Source: Chthoniobacterales bacterium (GTDB lineage: Bacteria; Verrucomicrobiota; Verrucomicrobiia; Chthoniobacterales; JAATET01). From it: a stretch of DNA of 64,000 nucleotides. The first letter of the stretch is position 1, and each line of letters begins with the position of its first letter. The notes beneath the pieces were generated by a model that was given only the letters and a program-made list of their open reading frames with translations, searched no databases and was not told where the DNA came from. The stretch is taken from NCBI GenBank assembly GCA_041748215.1, contig JBGTDR010000050.1:7113-71112 (forward strand). The letters run 5' to 3'. A program made the translations under genes and the position numbers. Of the stretch, positions 38,343-48,046 are shown in pieces.

Positions 38343-39548
38343 ATGCTCGCACCGAGTCGATTTCAAATCCGGACGTGGTGGGCGGCGCTCACCGCGCTGT
38401 CGTGCGTCGTACTTGCAGCGACGTTCACTGGGACAGGCTGGCTGGTGGTGAAAGCGATTGGGTTTCTCCAGCCCGTGCTGATGCCCCTGGCTCTCGCGGG
38501 CATCCTCGCCTACCTGCTCGATCCCGTCGTTTCCTGGCTCGCGAAGCGCGGCATGAAACGAACGTGGGCAGTGGTGAGTGTGTTTGCGGTATTTTTTCTG
38601 TTTATCACGCTGCTGGCCTTGTGGGTCGTCCCGACGATCACTCACCAGGGAGCCGCGTTTGCTCGGAGCCTACCGGAATACCAGGCCCGCGCGCAGTCCC
38701 TCCTGACCAGCACGATCGCGCAGGCGCGGGAAGTCGCGGACCTGCAGATTCTCAAGGCACCGCCTGAAGGCGCGCCCGAAGAAGCGGATGCGTTTGACAC
38801 CTTCATTTCGACCGGCGTCCAGGAAGGCCTTGCGTGGCTGCAAGAAAAGGCCCCGGAAGCGGCTGCGGTGGTGGGAAATTATCTGCTGCGCGGCCTCGGC
38901 GGGGCATTCGGTGTTTTCGGTTTCCTCCTGAGCATGGTGCTCGTCCCGATCTTCCTGTTTTTCTTTCTGAAAGAGGGTCCACAAATCGCCGCGACGTGGA
39001 GCGACTATCTGCCGTTGCGCGCTTCTCCCTTCAAAAGCGAAGTGGTGTCGCTTCTCAGCGAAATCAACAGCTACCTGATCAGCTTTTTCCGCGGCCAATT
39101 GCTGGTCAGCCTGATCGACGGGGCGTTGATCGCGGTCGCGTTGCTGATCATGGGCATGGATTTCGCCATCCTGATCGGTCTGATGGTCGGCGTGCTCGGG
39201 TTGATACCGTACGCGGGTGTATTCATCAGTTGGATTCCGGCCGTTTTGATCGCCACTGCGCAATGGGGCGACTGGACTCATCCGATCATCGTGACCGTGA
39301 TTTTTCTCGTCGTGAACAATCTCGACGGCATCGTGATCGCGCCGAAGATCGTGGGGGAATCGGTCGGACTGCATCCCCTCACGGTGATCGTTTCCGTGCT
39401 CGCGTGGAGCATCATCCTGGGCGGCCTGCTCGGTGCGCTGCTGGCGGTGCCGTTAACCGCAACGATCAAGGTCGTGCTGAAACGCTATTTCTGGGATCGG
39501 CCGTCGCCGGCATACACGATGGTGGATCCTCCGGGATCGGCGTCCTGA
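38343..39548 (+). CDS. AI-2E family transporter (PerM/UPF0118)
   Basis: Eight or so TM helices with the conserved LGLIPYAGVFISWIPAVL region. ATG at 38343. Confidence 0.85.
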   Translation: MLAPSRFQIRTWWAALTALSCVVLAATFTGTGWLVVKAIGFLQPVLMPLALAGILAYLLDPVVSWLAKRGMKRTWAVVSVFAVFFLFITLLALWVVPTITHQGAAFARSLPEYQARAQSLLTSTIAQAREVADLQILKAPPEGAPEEADAFDTFISTGVQEGLAWLQEKAPEAAAVVGNYLLRGLGGAFGVFGFLLSMVLVPIFLFFFLKEGPQIAATWSDYLPLRASPFKSEVVSLLSEINSYLISFFRGQLLVSLIDGALIAVALLIMGMDFAILIGLMVGVLGLIPYAGVFISWIPAVLIATAQWGDWTHPIIVTVIFLVVNNLDGIVIAPKIVGESVGLHPLTVIVSVLAWSIILGGLLGALLAVPLTATIKVVLKRYFWDRPSPAYTMVDPPGSAS

Positions 39549-40255
39549 TTGACCGGCGGACCTTCCCGCAGCTCGTATCCGAGGCGGCGGGATTGCAACC
39601 ATCGCACGCCAAACATATCGGTCGTGGCGCGCACGGCCCGATTGCCAAGACCATATTTGCTCACTCCGAACTGGCGCGGGCGGTGATTCACGGGGATTTC
39701 AACCACCGGGTAGCCGGCATTTTTGACGAGGGCGGGAATGAAGCGATGCACGCCCTTGAAGGGCACGAGCGCAGCGGCGCACTCGCGGCGCATCGCCTTG
39801 AGCGTGCATCCGGTGTCGCGAATGCCGTCGCCAACAAACCGGCTGCGCACAAAATTCGCGATTCGGCTGGTGAGTTTTTTCGTCAGGGTATCGGCCCGGT
39901 GGGCGCGATAGCCGCAGACGATGCCGGCACCTCCGTCCAGAGCAGCGAGCAGACGGGGAATGTCGGCGGGGTCATTCTGGAGGTCGCCGTCAAGGAGCAC
40001 GATCACCGCTCCCCGGGCCGCCCGAATTCCCGCCAGCATGGCCGCACTCTGGCCCTCGTTGCGAACGAATCGGAGCAGGCGAACGCGCGGCGTCGCACGA
40101 ACCCGCGTCACGGTGCCGTCGAGCGAACCGTCATCGACGAAGATGAGTTCGTAATCAAATGCCTCCAGGCTGGCTTCGATTTCAGCCTGCAGGATCGGTA
40201 CGTTTTCCTCCTCGTTGTAGAGTGGGACGACGATGGAAAGATAAGGCGAACTCAC
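39485..40255 (-). CDS. Family-2 glycosyltransferase, polyprenyl-phosphate sugar synthase type (ArnC/GtrB/DPM1-like)
   Basis: Carries LSIVVPLYNEEENV and ELIFVDDGSLDGT motifs. The GTG at 40255 forms a GTGA overlap with the upstream stop. Confidence 0.85.
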   Translation of the reverse strand: MSSPYLSIVVPLYNEEENVPILQAEIEASLEAFDYELIFVDDGSLDGTVTRVRATPRVRLLRFVRNEGQSAAMLAGIRAARGAVIVLLDGDLQNDPADIPRLLAALDGGAGIVCGYRAHRADTLTKKLTSRIANFVRSRFVGDGIRDTGCTLKAMRRECAAALVPFKGVHRFIPALVKNAGYPVVEIPVNHRPRQFGVSKYGLGNRAVRATTDMFGVRWLQSRRLGYELREGPPVNQDADPGGSTIVYAGDGRSQK

Positions 40256-41742
40256 AACGGCATGGTCTGGTAATCTTGACACAGATAAAAGCGGAGGACG
40301 CGGGTGGGGCCAGCGGGATTTCCAACCGTGACGGTAGCGGCGGGCGACACACGAAGGAAAGCATTCGTGATCGTTTGCGGAAGGTCGGCGGGAGCTTCGT
40401 CGGTCACGTAAATGGCAGAGCGGCCCACGTAAGGATTGGCGGCTTTCAATTCGGCGAAAAGTTCGTCGGGAGCAATCTTCGTTTCCACGAAGTCGTCGTA
40501 GCGCGGCAACAGACCAAACTGGCTCGCCAGGTCCTGGGATTCGCGCAAGAAGACTTCAATGCGATCCTGACCGCGCCGAGTCGCAAGGTGGTAATTGAGC
40601 GCCGCGGTGAAGGCGGGATCTTTCGCAATCACAAAAATCGGACTGGTCGACGAGGGGGCGGCCTCATCGCGAATTTTCACCACGAGCTTGGAAATTTCCG
40701 ACCAGGGTTCGCGATTTCCATCGTCGCGCGCCAACGCCAGGGTGGCGGCTGTCGTCACGGCGGTGGCCAGCACGGCGAAACGAAAAACCGGTGCCGAGCG
40801 TGGGAACGCGCCACAAATCTGAGGAATCATCAAAACAGCAAACCCTGCGATGATCAGCAGGTCCTCCGCGGCGGGAGTTTCGTGCAACCCATTCCAGAGC
40901 CAGAGACCAAAAAACGGACCGGCCCAACCGAGCAGATAACGCCCGCGCCGTTCGACCTGCCAGTTCCACACGCTGAATCCCATTGCAACCACGACGATCA
41001 GCGCCGCAAAAATCGAGAGGGCACCCACCGCCTCCATGGTCGCTGCGCCAAGGGCTGGAAGACTGAACGCCATCGCCGTTTGAAACGTCCCCGCGGCGAA
41101 AGCGGCCCAGTTTTGCGACTGGTTCCAAAAAATCAGCGGCAAGGCGGCTGCGGCTGTCAGCAGCGCGGCGAGGTAAATCCCGGGACGGCGGAATTCCGCC
41201 CGGCGGCGGGGAAGCGCAACGCAGGCCGCGACGATGGCAATCCACGAAGCGACCGCGTCGTATCGAAACAATAACGCGACGCCTACGGCGACGCCCACGA
41301 CCAGCCACCAGAGCAAACCGTCGGCGGCATGCAATGCACGCCAGAGTGCCCACGCCGCAAACAGCAGCGCCACTAGCGCGGGGAGGATCGATCCCGGATG
41401 AATCGACGCGAGATTAAACACCGGCAGCGCGTTGAGCGTGGCCGCCGCCCACAATCCGGCTGCCGGGCCGTGCATCGCGCGAGCCAGTAAATAGATGCCC
41501 ACCGAAGCCACGAGGGCCGCGATCGGGAAAAACGCGCGCAACCCAAGCGGGCCGGTGCCAAACATCAATTCTCCCGCGCGGACGAGCGCCGCCGTTCCTC
41601 CCGGTCCGTCGAAGAATGCCCAGTCGAGGCGCTGCGCACACATCCAGGCGTACGCTTCCGAGGGAGCAATGTCCGTCGTTGTCGCCAGCCACAATCGGAG
41701 CCCGGTCAGCACAACCAGGACCGCGAGAACAACAATCTTCAC
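40252..41742 (-). CDS. ArnT/PMT_2-like (GT39/GT83) polytopic membrane glycosyltransferase
   Basis: Carries the N-terminal SEAYAWMCAQRLDWAFFDGPGG motif (cf. DEAYYW...DHPP) and more than 10 TM helices. The GTG at 41742 forms a GTGA overlap with the PAP2 stop. Confidence 0.75.
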   Translation of the reverse strand: MKIVVLAVLVVLTGLRLWLATTTDIAPSEAYAWMCAQRLDWAFFDGPGGTAALVRAGELMFGTGPLGLRAFFPIAALVASVGIYLLARAMHGPAAGLWAAATLNALPVFNLASIHPGSILPALVALLFAAWALWRALHAADGLLWWLVVGVAVGVALLFRYDAVASWIAIVAACVALPRRRAEFRRPGIYLAALLTAAAALPLIFWNQSQNWAAFAAGTFQTAMAFSLPALGAATMEAVGALSIFAALIVVVAMGFSVWNWQVERRGRYLLGWAGPFFGLWLWNGLHETPAAEDLLIIAGFAVLMIPQICGAFPRSAPVFRFAVLATAVTTAATLALARDDGNREPWSEISKLVVKIRDEAAPSSTSPIFVIAKDPAFTAALNYHLATRRGQDRIEVFLRESQDLASQFGLLPRYDDFVETKIAPDELFAELKAANPYVGRSAIYVTDEAPADLPQTITNAFLRVSPAATVTVGNPAGPTRVLRFYLCQDYQTMPL

Positions 41743-42413
41743 GATCCGAGCAGGCTGGGGTGAGCCGCCGCGAGGCGCGGAACCACCCGAGGTGCAACGG
41801 TTCTCCACAATGCTTCGGCAGCCGCGATGACCAGAAGGGCAACGCCCGAACCGAGCAACGCCGCCACGATCGTGTCCGACGGATAATGCGAACCGACGTA
41901 AACCCGGGAGTAGGAAACAAGGAAAGCCATGAAATAATACAGCCAGCCCCACCTCCGGTAAAAAACCGCGATGACGGTCGCGAGCGCGAAATTATTCGAT
42001 GCATGGCCGGACGGAAACGCGATGCCTTCCACCGGGTAAATCGACGGCAGTGACATTTCTTCCTTCACTGGCTGAGCAAGAGCGAGCAGGCGCGGGCTGG
42101 CTTTTTGCAGATCGAGCATGCGCACGCCATCGAGCACCTGATATGGCCGAGGCCTGCCGACAAGTCCCTTGATCGAATCCACAATGACGCCATCCGTCAT
42201 TCCGACGGCGAGGCCCAGACACACGACGGCCGCACGTCCGTGAAATCCTCCGAAGATAAAAACCAGCAGGCCGACGATGACGGCGATGGGCCACCAGAAA
42301 TCCCAGCTCGAAAGCGCCGCCATGGGCATATCCAGCATCGGATGAATCCACTCGCGGTTGATGAGGTGAAAGAAACGTTGATCTAGCAAGGGCTGGCGGG
42401 ATAGTGAGGCCAA
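41739..42413 (-). CDS. PAP2-family lipid phosphatase
   Basis: Acid-phosphatase motifs are present: KGLVGRPRP, PSGH and SRVYVGSHYPSD. The start is uncertain (TTG at 42413 or 42389); the longer ORF to 42599 would overlap the divergent gene. Confidence 0.8.
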   Translation of the reverse strand: MASLSRQPLLDQRFFHLINREWIHPMLDMPMAALSSWDFWWPIAVIVGLLVFIFGGFHGRAAVVCLGLAVGMTDGVIVDSIKGLVGRPRPYQVLDGVRMLDLQKASPRLLALAQPVKEEMSLPSIYPVEGIAFPSGHASNNFALATVIAVFYRRWGWLYYFMAFLVSYSRVYVGSHYPSDTIVAALLGSGVALLVIAAAEALWRTVAPRVVPRLAAAHPSLLGS

Positions 42414-42420
42414 CCTTCGG

Positions 42421-43125
42421 ATGAATCGTTTTTTCGCACAAGCCCGGAACCTTCTGCTGGCCGGAACGTTCGTGTTCAGCACCACACCCAGCCCGGCCGA
42501 GCAGCCAACGGCGGATGAAATTCTGCGCGGTGCGCGCGGCAGCCAGACGCGCAATGAAGCCCGCTTGCGGGCGCAATTGCGCACGGAAGACGGGACCAAA
42601 ATTCCGTTCCGTATCGTGCTCGACGACGGCGTGGTGCGATATCAATTCACCAATCCGGATCAGGAAATTCAGCTCCGACTCACGGAAGATGCGTCCGAAC
42701 TCACGGAATCCACCGGTGGAAAATCCGCGCCGATCCGGCCGGCGCGTTACGATCAGCGGGTTCGGGAAACTCCGATCACCTACGAAGACCTTGCTCTGCG
42801 GATCCTCTACTGGCCCCGACCCAAACTTCTCGGAGAGGAAAACGTCCGCACCCGCCAAACGTGGAAACTCGAAATCCAGGCACCGCGCGGTCAGTCGCAA
42901 TACGGCGTTGCCCGCATTTGGATCGAAAAGTCAAACGGTGCAATTATGCGCATCGACGGATTCGATAAGCAGGGGCGATTGATGAAACGATTTCTGGTCG
43001 CTTCCGTTCAGAAGATCGACGGCCTCTGGATGCTGAAAAACATGCGCATCGACGAGTACGATTCGGCGGAAAGCGGCAAAGTGATCAGCCGCACAAATTT
43101 GGAGGTGCTCGGTCGGGACGATTAA
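42421..43125 (+). CDS. LolA-like outer-membrane lipoprotein-sorting family protein
   Basis: Signal peptide, with length and C-terminal pattern (IWIEKSNGAIMRIDGFDKQGRLMKRF...IDGLWMLKNMRI) resembling LolA_like proteins. Assigned by eye. Confidence 0.5.
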   Translation: MNRFFAQARNLLLAGTFVFSTTPSPAEQPTADEILRGARGSQTRNEARLRAQLRTEDGTKIPFRIVLDDGVVRYQFTNPDQEIQLRLTEDASELTESTGGKSAPIRPARYDQRVRETPITYEDLALRILYWPRPKLLGEENVRTRQTWKLEIQAPRGQSQYGVARIWIEKSNGAIMRIDGFDKQGRLMKRFLVASVQKIDGLWMLKNMRIDEYDSAESGKVISRTNLEVLGRDD

Positions 43126-43129
43126 CGAC

Positions 43130-44323
43130 TCAGGCGAAGAGCGCTTCGGGAGTCAACGCCGGCTGAGGCGCGGTCAATTGCTCGACGAATCGCTGCCACG
43201 AATCGTGGCCGGATAAAATTTCGATTTCGACGCGCAAATAAAACATGGGGACACCGGGATTGAGGATGCGAGGAATGCGGACGGCGTCTTTCTCGGTCGT
43301 AACGATGGCGTGCAGGTCCCGCTTTTCGCAGCGGCGGATGAAATTTTCGATTTCGCGGTCCGAGTAACGGTGGTGGTCGGTGTAGGTTTTTGCCAGTTCG
43401 ATGGTCGCACCAAGACCGCGGATGGCATTTTCAAAACTTTCGGGTGCCGCGATGCCGCAGACCGATCCGACGCGCAGACCCTCAAGGAAGGCGAGGGGTT
43501 TGACGTCGCCGGTCACGAGATTGCAAAGGTGTTTGGCGCGGTGCGAGCACTCGATGATGTCGGCGGTGCGATTGTGTTCGCGAATGCGCGAGATCAGCGC
43601 GGAATTGTCCGAACCATCGCATTTCGTAATGAAAATGTGGGTTGCCCGTCGCAGGTTTGGCGGGGGTTCGCGGAGGGTGCCGCGCGGCAGCAGGAATTCG
43701 TTGCCGAACGGGGCCTGGCGGTCGATCAGGACGATGTCGATGCGTCGCTTTTGGCGGAGATATTGCAGGCCGTCGTCCAGCAGAATGGTGTCGATGCCAA
43801 AATGTTCGACTGCGTAGAGGCCGCTCTTTACCCGGTCCTTGTCCACAAGCACCACGACGCCCCGCAGGTTGTTGGCGAGCATGAATGGCTCGTCACCGGC
43901 CGTGCGGGAATCAAGGAGCAGGGCGGAGCCATCGGTGACGATGCGTGGCGTGAAAATGGCTTTTTTGCGCAGAATCTTGTCCGCGAGACGGCCGAGCAGG
44001 GGTTTGGGTACGCTCTTGTAACCGCGGCTGAGGATGGCGACGCGGCGTCCGCCAGCGGTCAGTTCTCGAGCCAGCAACTCGACGACCGGGGTTTTGCCCG
44101 TGCCGCCGACGGTGATATTACCCACGCTGATGACGAGGCAGCCCGGACTGCGTTCGCGCATTACGCGGGTGCGGTAGAGTTTGATGCGCAGCTGGACGAC
44201 GCCACGATAAACGTGCGACAGCCCGTGCAGCAGGCTGCGCAAGGCATCTGCCCGCCGCCCGTAGCGGCGCTCGAGGATCACGTCGATCGCAAACGTTTCG
44301 ATGCCTTCCAGCCAGCGTCTCAT
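43130..44323 (-). CDS. lpxK: Tetraacyldisaccharide 4'-kinase
   Basis: Carries [22 protein letters not shown]...AILSRGY and DDGLQ motifs. Confidence 0.9.
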   Translation of the reverse strand: MRRWLEGIETFAIDVILERRYGRRADALRSLLHGLSHVYRGVVQLRIKLYRTRVMRERSPGCLVISVGNITVGGTGKTPVVELLARELTAGGRRVAILSRGYKSVPKPLLGRLADKILRKKAIFTPRIVTDGSALLLDSRTAGDEPFMLANNLRGVVVLVDKDRVKSGLYAVEHFGIDTILLDDGLQYLRQKRRIDIVLIDRQAPFGNEFLLPRGTLREPPPNLRRATHIFITKCDGSDNSALISRIREHNRTADIIECSHRAKHLCNLVTGDVKPLAFLEGLRVGSVCGIAAPESFENAIRGLGATIELAKTYTDHHRYSDREIENFIRRCEKRDLHAIVTTEKDAVRIPRILNPGVPMFYLRVEIEILSGHDSWQRFVEQLTAPQPALTPEALFA

Positions 44324-44330
44324 CGCGCGG

Positions 44331-45182
44331 TCAGGACTGCGGGGTGACGAGAACCCCGCGGTTGTCGGCGGTGGTCACGCACGTTACCGCTTCGGGCATT
44401 TCCGCTGCGTGTTTCATGGCCGATGCAACGGCCTCGGGATTGACCAGCGTCGCGCAGGCGATGGTCGAACCGGATCCGCTCAGCCAGCCACCCAGCGCTC
44501 CCGCGGCGGTGCCGGCCGCGATCACGTCGTCGAGGCACTGAATCAAAGCGCTGCGATAAGGTTGGTGAAGTCCATCCGCAAAACATCCCCGCAAGGCGTC
44601 GTAATTGGCGGATGCGAATGCTGCGGCGATGGCTGCGGCATTGCCCGCGCTGCGAACCGCGTCGGGGAATGGTAGGTTCGCGGGCAACACCCGGCGTGCA
44701 TCGTGGGTTTTCACTTCGAAACCGGGAATGAGCAGGACAAAAAACAACCGCGGTGCCACCCGGAATCGTTGAAACGATCCATCCGCTCTCGCCACGGTGA
44801 AGCCGCCGAATGCCGCCGGAGCAGCGTTGTCCGGATGGCCTTCGAGTTGTGCACAGAGTCGGTAGATGGCGTCTGCGGAAAGGGGCGATCCGGCGAGTGC
44901 ATTCAGGCCGTGCAAAATTCCGAGACGCACGGTGACGCTGCTGCCGAGACCCCGCGAGCGCGGCACCGCGCCACGTATCGACCAGCGAAAGGGAGTTGGC
45001 GATCGATCTGCGGCCGCAAAAAACGCGTCACCGGCTTCCGTTGCCATGGCGTCCCCGGGGTCTCCGTCACCGAGTTCGACGGTGACGGTATTCGAAATCC
45101 GTACGGCGACGCCGAGGCAATCGAATCCCGGCCCGAGATTGGCAGACGTTGCGGGAATCCGGACGCGGACGGCAGATGACAT
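44331..45182 (-). CDS. thrB: Homoserine kinase (GHMP family)
   Basis: N-terminal VRIPATSANLGPGFDCLG and GHMP motif PRSRGLGSS. At 283 aa it is somewhat short for ThrB. Confidence 0.75.
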   Translation of the reverse strand: MSSAVRVRIPATSANLGPGFDCLGVAVRISNTVTVELGDGDPGDAMATEAGDAFFAAADRSPTPFRWSIRGAVPRSRGLGSSVTVRLGILHGLNALAGSPLSADAIYRLCAQLEGHPDNAAPAAFGGFTVARADGSFQRFRVAPRLFFVLLIPGFEVKTHDARRVLPANLPFPDAVRSAGNAAAIAAAFASANYDALRGCFADGLHQPYRSALIQCLDDVIAAGTAAGALGGWLSGSGSTIACATLVNPEAVASAMKHAAEMPEAVTCVTTADNRGVLVTPQS

Positions 45183-45296
45183 CCGGCACCTTTACCGCGT
45201 CGCACGGGCAAAGATCAAATTGGCAATCACCCCGGGAGTTCCCGGGCGGCGCGGTAACGGTTGACGGAAACCGCGATTCGAGGATGATCCGCGGCG

Positions 45297-46244
45297 ATGA
45301 CGATGGCATGGCTGCTGGTGATCGCTGGACTCGCTCTGCTTTACGGCGGTGCGGAGGGACTTGTCCGGGGGAGCGCATCGCTGGCGTTGCGGCTGGGCAT
45401 GACGCCTTTGATCGTTGGACTGACGGTCGTTGCGTTCGGCACGAGTATGCCGGAGTTGCTCGTGAGCGTGAAAGCTTCGCTGGCGGGTCAGGGCGGCATT
45501 GCGGTCGGAAATGTCGTCGGATCGAACGTCTTCAACATTGCGGTGATTCTGGCGTTGGGTGCGATCGTCCGCCCGCTGCACGTCGAGTTTCAGCTCATTC
45601 GATTCGACGTTCCGTTCATGGTTTTTTCGGGAGCTCTCGCGGCTTTTTTTCTTCGCGATGGCAATATTTCGCGCGGCGAGGGGGCGATACTCATTGTCCT
45701 GCTCGTCACTTACATCGTTGCGAGCATCGTGATTGCCCGGCGAAAAAAAACGCCGAAGGTCGAAGCTGATTTTGCCGACGTTGTCAAACCGGGGCCGGGT
45801 GGAGTTTTCCTGGATCTCGTATTCATCGTGGGAGGATTGGCCGTATTGGTCCTCGGTTCGCGGTTGCTGGTCGATGGAGCCATCGTGATCGCGCGATCAT
45901 TTGGCGTCACCGAAGCGGTGATCGGACTCACGATTGTGGCTGCCGGCACCAGCACTCCGGAACTCGCGGCCACCATCGTCGCGTCGATCAAGAAAGAAGC
46001 TGATATCGCGGTCGGTAACGTGATCGGCTCGAACGTCTTCAACTCGCTTTTCATCCTCGGCACTGCCGGACTGATTCACCCATTGAGTGCGGACGGCGTG
46101 ACCATGATCGATCTTGGCGTGATGCTCGCGGTTTCGGCCTTGGCTCTGCCGTTCATGTGGACGGGTTTTGTGCTCCGGCGCTGGGAGGGTTTTGTGCTGA
46201 TGGCGATTTACCTCGGGTATCTCGCGTGGCTCTGGCCGAAATGA
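45297..46244 (+). CDS. Ca2+/Na+ antiporter (CaCA, YrbG-like)
   Basis: Two alpha-repeats are present: GTSMPELLVS and GTSTPELAAT..GNVIGSNVFN. Confidence 0.88.
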   Translation: MTMAWLLVIAGLALLYGGAEGLVRGSASLALRLGMTPLIVGLTVVAFGTSMPELLVSVKASLAGQGGIAVGNVVGSNVFNIAVILALGAIVRPLHVEFQLIRFDVPFMVFSGALAAFFLRDGNISRGEGAILIVLLVTYIVASIVIARRKKTPKVEADFADVVKPGPGGVFLDLVFIVGGLAVLVLGSRLLVDGAIVIARSFGVTEAVIGLTIVAAGTSTPELAATIVASIKKEADIAVGNVIGSNVFNSLFILGTAGLIHPLSADGVTMIDLGVMLAVSALALPFMWTGFVLRRWEGFVLMAIYLGYLAWLWPK

Positions 46245-46294
46245 TTCCTTGTTTGACCGGTTCGGCGAATCCCGCTTTATTCCGGTTTCGCGCT

Positions 46295-46385
46295 GGTGAG
46301 GTGGCTGAGTGGTCGAAAGCAGAGCTTTGCTAAAGCTCCGTAGTCCAAAAGGCTACCGGGGGTTCGAATCCCCCCCTCACCGCCA
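46295..46385 (+). tRNA. tRNA-Ser (anticodon GCT)
   Basis: 7-bp acceptor stem GGTGAGG/CCTCACC. The anticodon stem is gagct/agctc with loop ttGCTaa. It has a long variable arm, T-loop GGTTCGAATCC and an encoded CCA. Confidence 0.9.
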
Positions 46386-46527
46386 GCGAACCCGATTTTT
46401 TACAAGTCCGATTCGGTCGCGAATTTCGAACAACGTTGCAACTGCGGCAGGTGCCGTGCGTTGGATTGAATAAAGCGGTTTGTTTTACCGTCTCTTTCGA
46501 CACGCAGCAACAGCCACACCTTACATC

Positions 46528-46929
46528 ATGAAAAAACTGACACATCTCATCGCAATTCTTACCGCTGGCACGGTCGTTCTGACTCCTTTCGTGGGTCACT
46601 CCCAGGAGGCAACCGCCGCGGCCAAAGAGGAAAAAAAATCTCCTGCTTTCGCTGGTCTGGTGACGGAAGTGGACACGACTGCCAGGACCGTGACCGTGGC
46701 CAATAAGAAAAAGGACGAGACGGTGACCTACACCCTCACCGAAACCACGAAATTTACCGACGCCGAAGGCAAGGAAGCCGCCATGGAAGTCGTGACGGTG
46801 GGCACACGAGTGCGCGTAAATCCTACGGCCGAAGGCGAGACGACAGCCAAAGCCGTCAAGCTCGTCGCGAAAAAGGACAAGGAAGAGAAGGAAGAAAAGG
46901 CGGAATCAACGCCGGCCGCTGCTGAATAG
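46528..46929 (+). CDS. Small secreted K/E/T-rich protein
   Basis: The ATG at 46528 gives the signal peptide MKKLTHLIAILTAGTVVLTPFVGHS. A strong terminator follows. Confidence 0.6.
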   Translation: MKKLTHLIAILTAGTVVLTPFVGHSQEATAAAKEEKKSPAFAGLVTEVDTTARTVTVANKKKDETVTYTLTETTKFTDAEGKEAAMEVVTVGTRVRVNPTAEGETTAKAVKLVAKKDKEEKEEKAESTPAAAE

Positions 46930-46960
46930 TCGGCGACCATCGTTTCTCGAAACATTTGCA

Positions 46961-46993
46961 AGGACAGCCGGAGCGCTCCGGCTGTCCTTTTTT
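46961..46993 (+). terminator. Rho-independent terminator
   Basis: Perfect 28-nt palindrome AGGACAGCCGGAGC/GCTCCGGCTGTCCT followed by a TTTTT run, located between convergent genes. Confidence 0.8.
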
Positions 46994-47000
46994 CTGCCGT

Positions 47001-48038
47001 CTACCGCGTGGTGAAGCGGTAGATCGTGGTCTGCGTGTAGGTTTCACCCGGTCGCAGGACCGTCGACGGGAATCCCGGTTGATTCGGGCTGTCCGGGAAG
47101 TGATTTGCTTCAAGGCAAAATCCGCTGCGGCGAAGGTACGCGAGGCCCGCTTTGCCGATCACACCATTCAACGAATTTCCGGAATAAAACTGCAGGCCCG
47201 GTTCATCGGTCAGGACCTCCAGCACACGGCCGGAATCAGGGTCCCACGCTGTCGCGGCCAGACGCAAGCCCGAGCCTTCGATGACGTAGCAATGGTCGTA
47301 ACCGCCGCCCGGTCGGAGTGCTGGGAAATCGGCGTCAATGCGATCTCCGATGCGATGGGATTCGCGGAAATCCATTGGGGTATCCGCAAGGGAGGGCAGA
47401 TCACCGGTGGGGATCTGGTTTTCATCGGTCACCACAAACCGGTCCGCATGGATTTGAAGTTCGTGATCGAGAATGGTGCCCTGGCCCGCGCCCGCGAGGT
47501 TGAAATAGGCGTGATTGGTCAGGTTGACGATGGTCGGGGCGTCGGATTCGGCGCGATAATGCAGGATGATCTCGTCGGCATCCGTAAGCGAATATTTCAC
47601 CGAAACGTCGAGTTTACCCGGATATCCCTCGTCGCCATCGGGACTCGTGAGCGTGAATTCGAGCCCGTCATCGTGCGGCTGCGCGGTCCAGACCCGTTTC
47701 CCAAATCCATCCTGCCCGCCGTGGAGGTGGTGCGGATGGGTATTGAGCGCGAGTTGAAATTCCCGGCCGTCCAACGGAAATCGGCCGTGCGCGATGCGAT
47801 TGGCGAATCGACCAGCGATGATTCCGAGATACCCGCGGTCGGCTTCATAATCTTCAACCCGGTCGTACCCGAGGGTGACGTCGGCCAGCGCCCCATTGCG
47901 ATCCGGAGCGACGATTGAGACGATCGCCGCGCCATAATCGGTGAGAGCAACCTGCATTCCATGGGAATTTTGCAGCGTGTGGAGCCGGGCGGCGCGGCCC
48001 GAGCTGATGATGCCGAAAGGCGTTGTCGTGTGGGTCAT
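47001..48038 (-). CDS. galM: Aldose 1-epimerase (galactose mutarotase)
   Basis: Carries GRFANRIA, LHGG, GYPG, TNHAYFNL and a C-terminal FCLE..HFPDSPN. The ATG at 48038 removes a 61-aa Arg-rich leader. Confidence 0.88.
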   Translation of the reverse strand: MTHTTTPFGIISSGRAARLHTLQNSHGMQVALTDYGAAIVSIVAPDRNGALADVTLGYDRVEDYEADRGYLGIIAGRFANRIAHGRFPLDGREFQLALNTHPHHLHGGQDGFGKRVWTAQPHDDGLEFTLTSPDGDEGYPGKLDVSVKYSLTDADEIILHYRAESDAPTIVNLTNHAYFNLAGAGQGTILDHELQIHADRFVVTDENQIPTGDLPSLADTPMDFRESHRIGDRIDADFPALRPGGGYDHCYVIEGSGLRLAATAWDPDSGRVLEVLTDEPGLQFYSGNSLNGVIGKAGLAYLRRSGFCLEANHFPDSPNQPGFPSTVLRPGETYTQTTIYRFTTR

Positions 48039-48046
48039 GAATAATC

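Noticed and set aside
39485-39548. The 3' ends of the AI-2E transporter (+) and the GT2 gene (-) overlap convergently by 64 bp, which might indicate a mis-called gene or a frameshift.
   Set aside because: Both reading frames are continuous and carry family motifs up to near their ends, and both stops are unambiguous. Convergent tail overlaps are common in stop-poor high-GC genomes. It remains possible that the two genes interfere with each other at the RNA level, but nothing in the sequence demands it.
46330-46599. ORFs overlap the two tRNA genes: 46330..46599 (-), and 63327..63758 (-), 63434..63739 (-) and 63456..63842 (+).
   Set aside because: They run through well-formed tRNA-Ser cloverleafs and adjacent non-coding DNA and carry no motifs. 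They are spurious.
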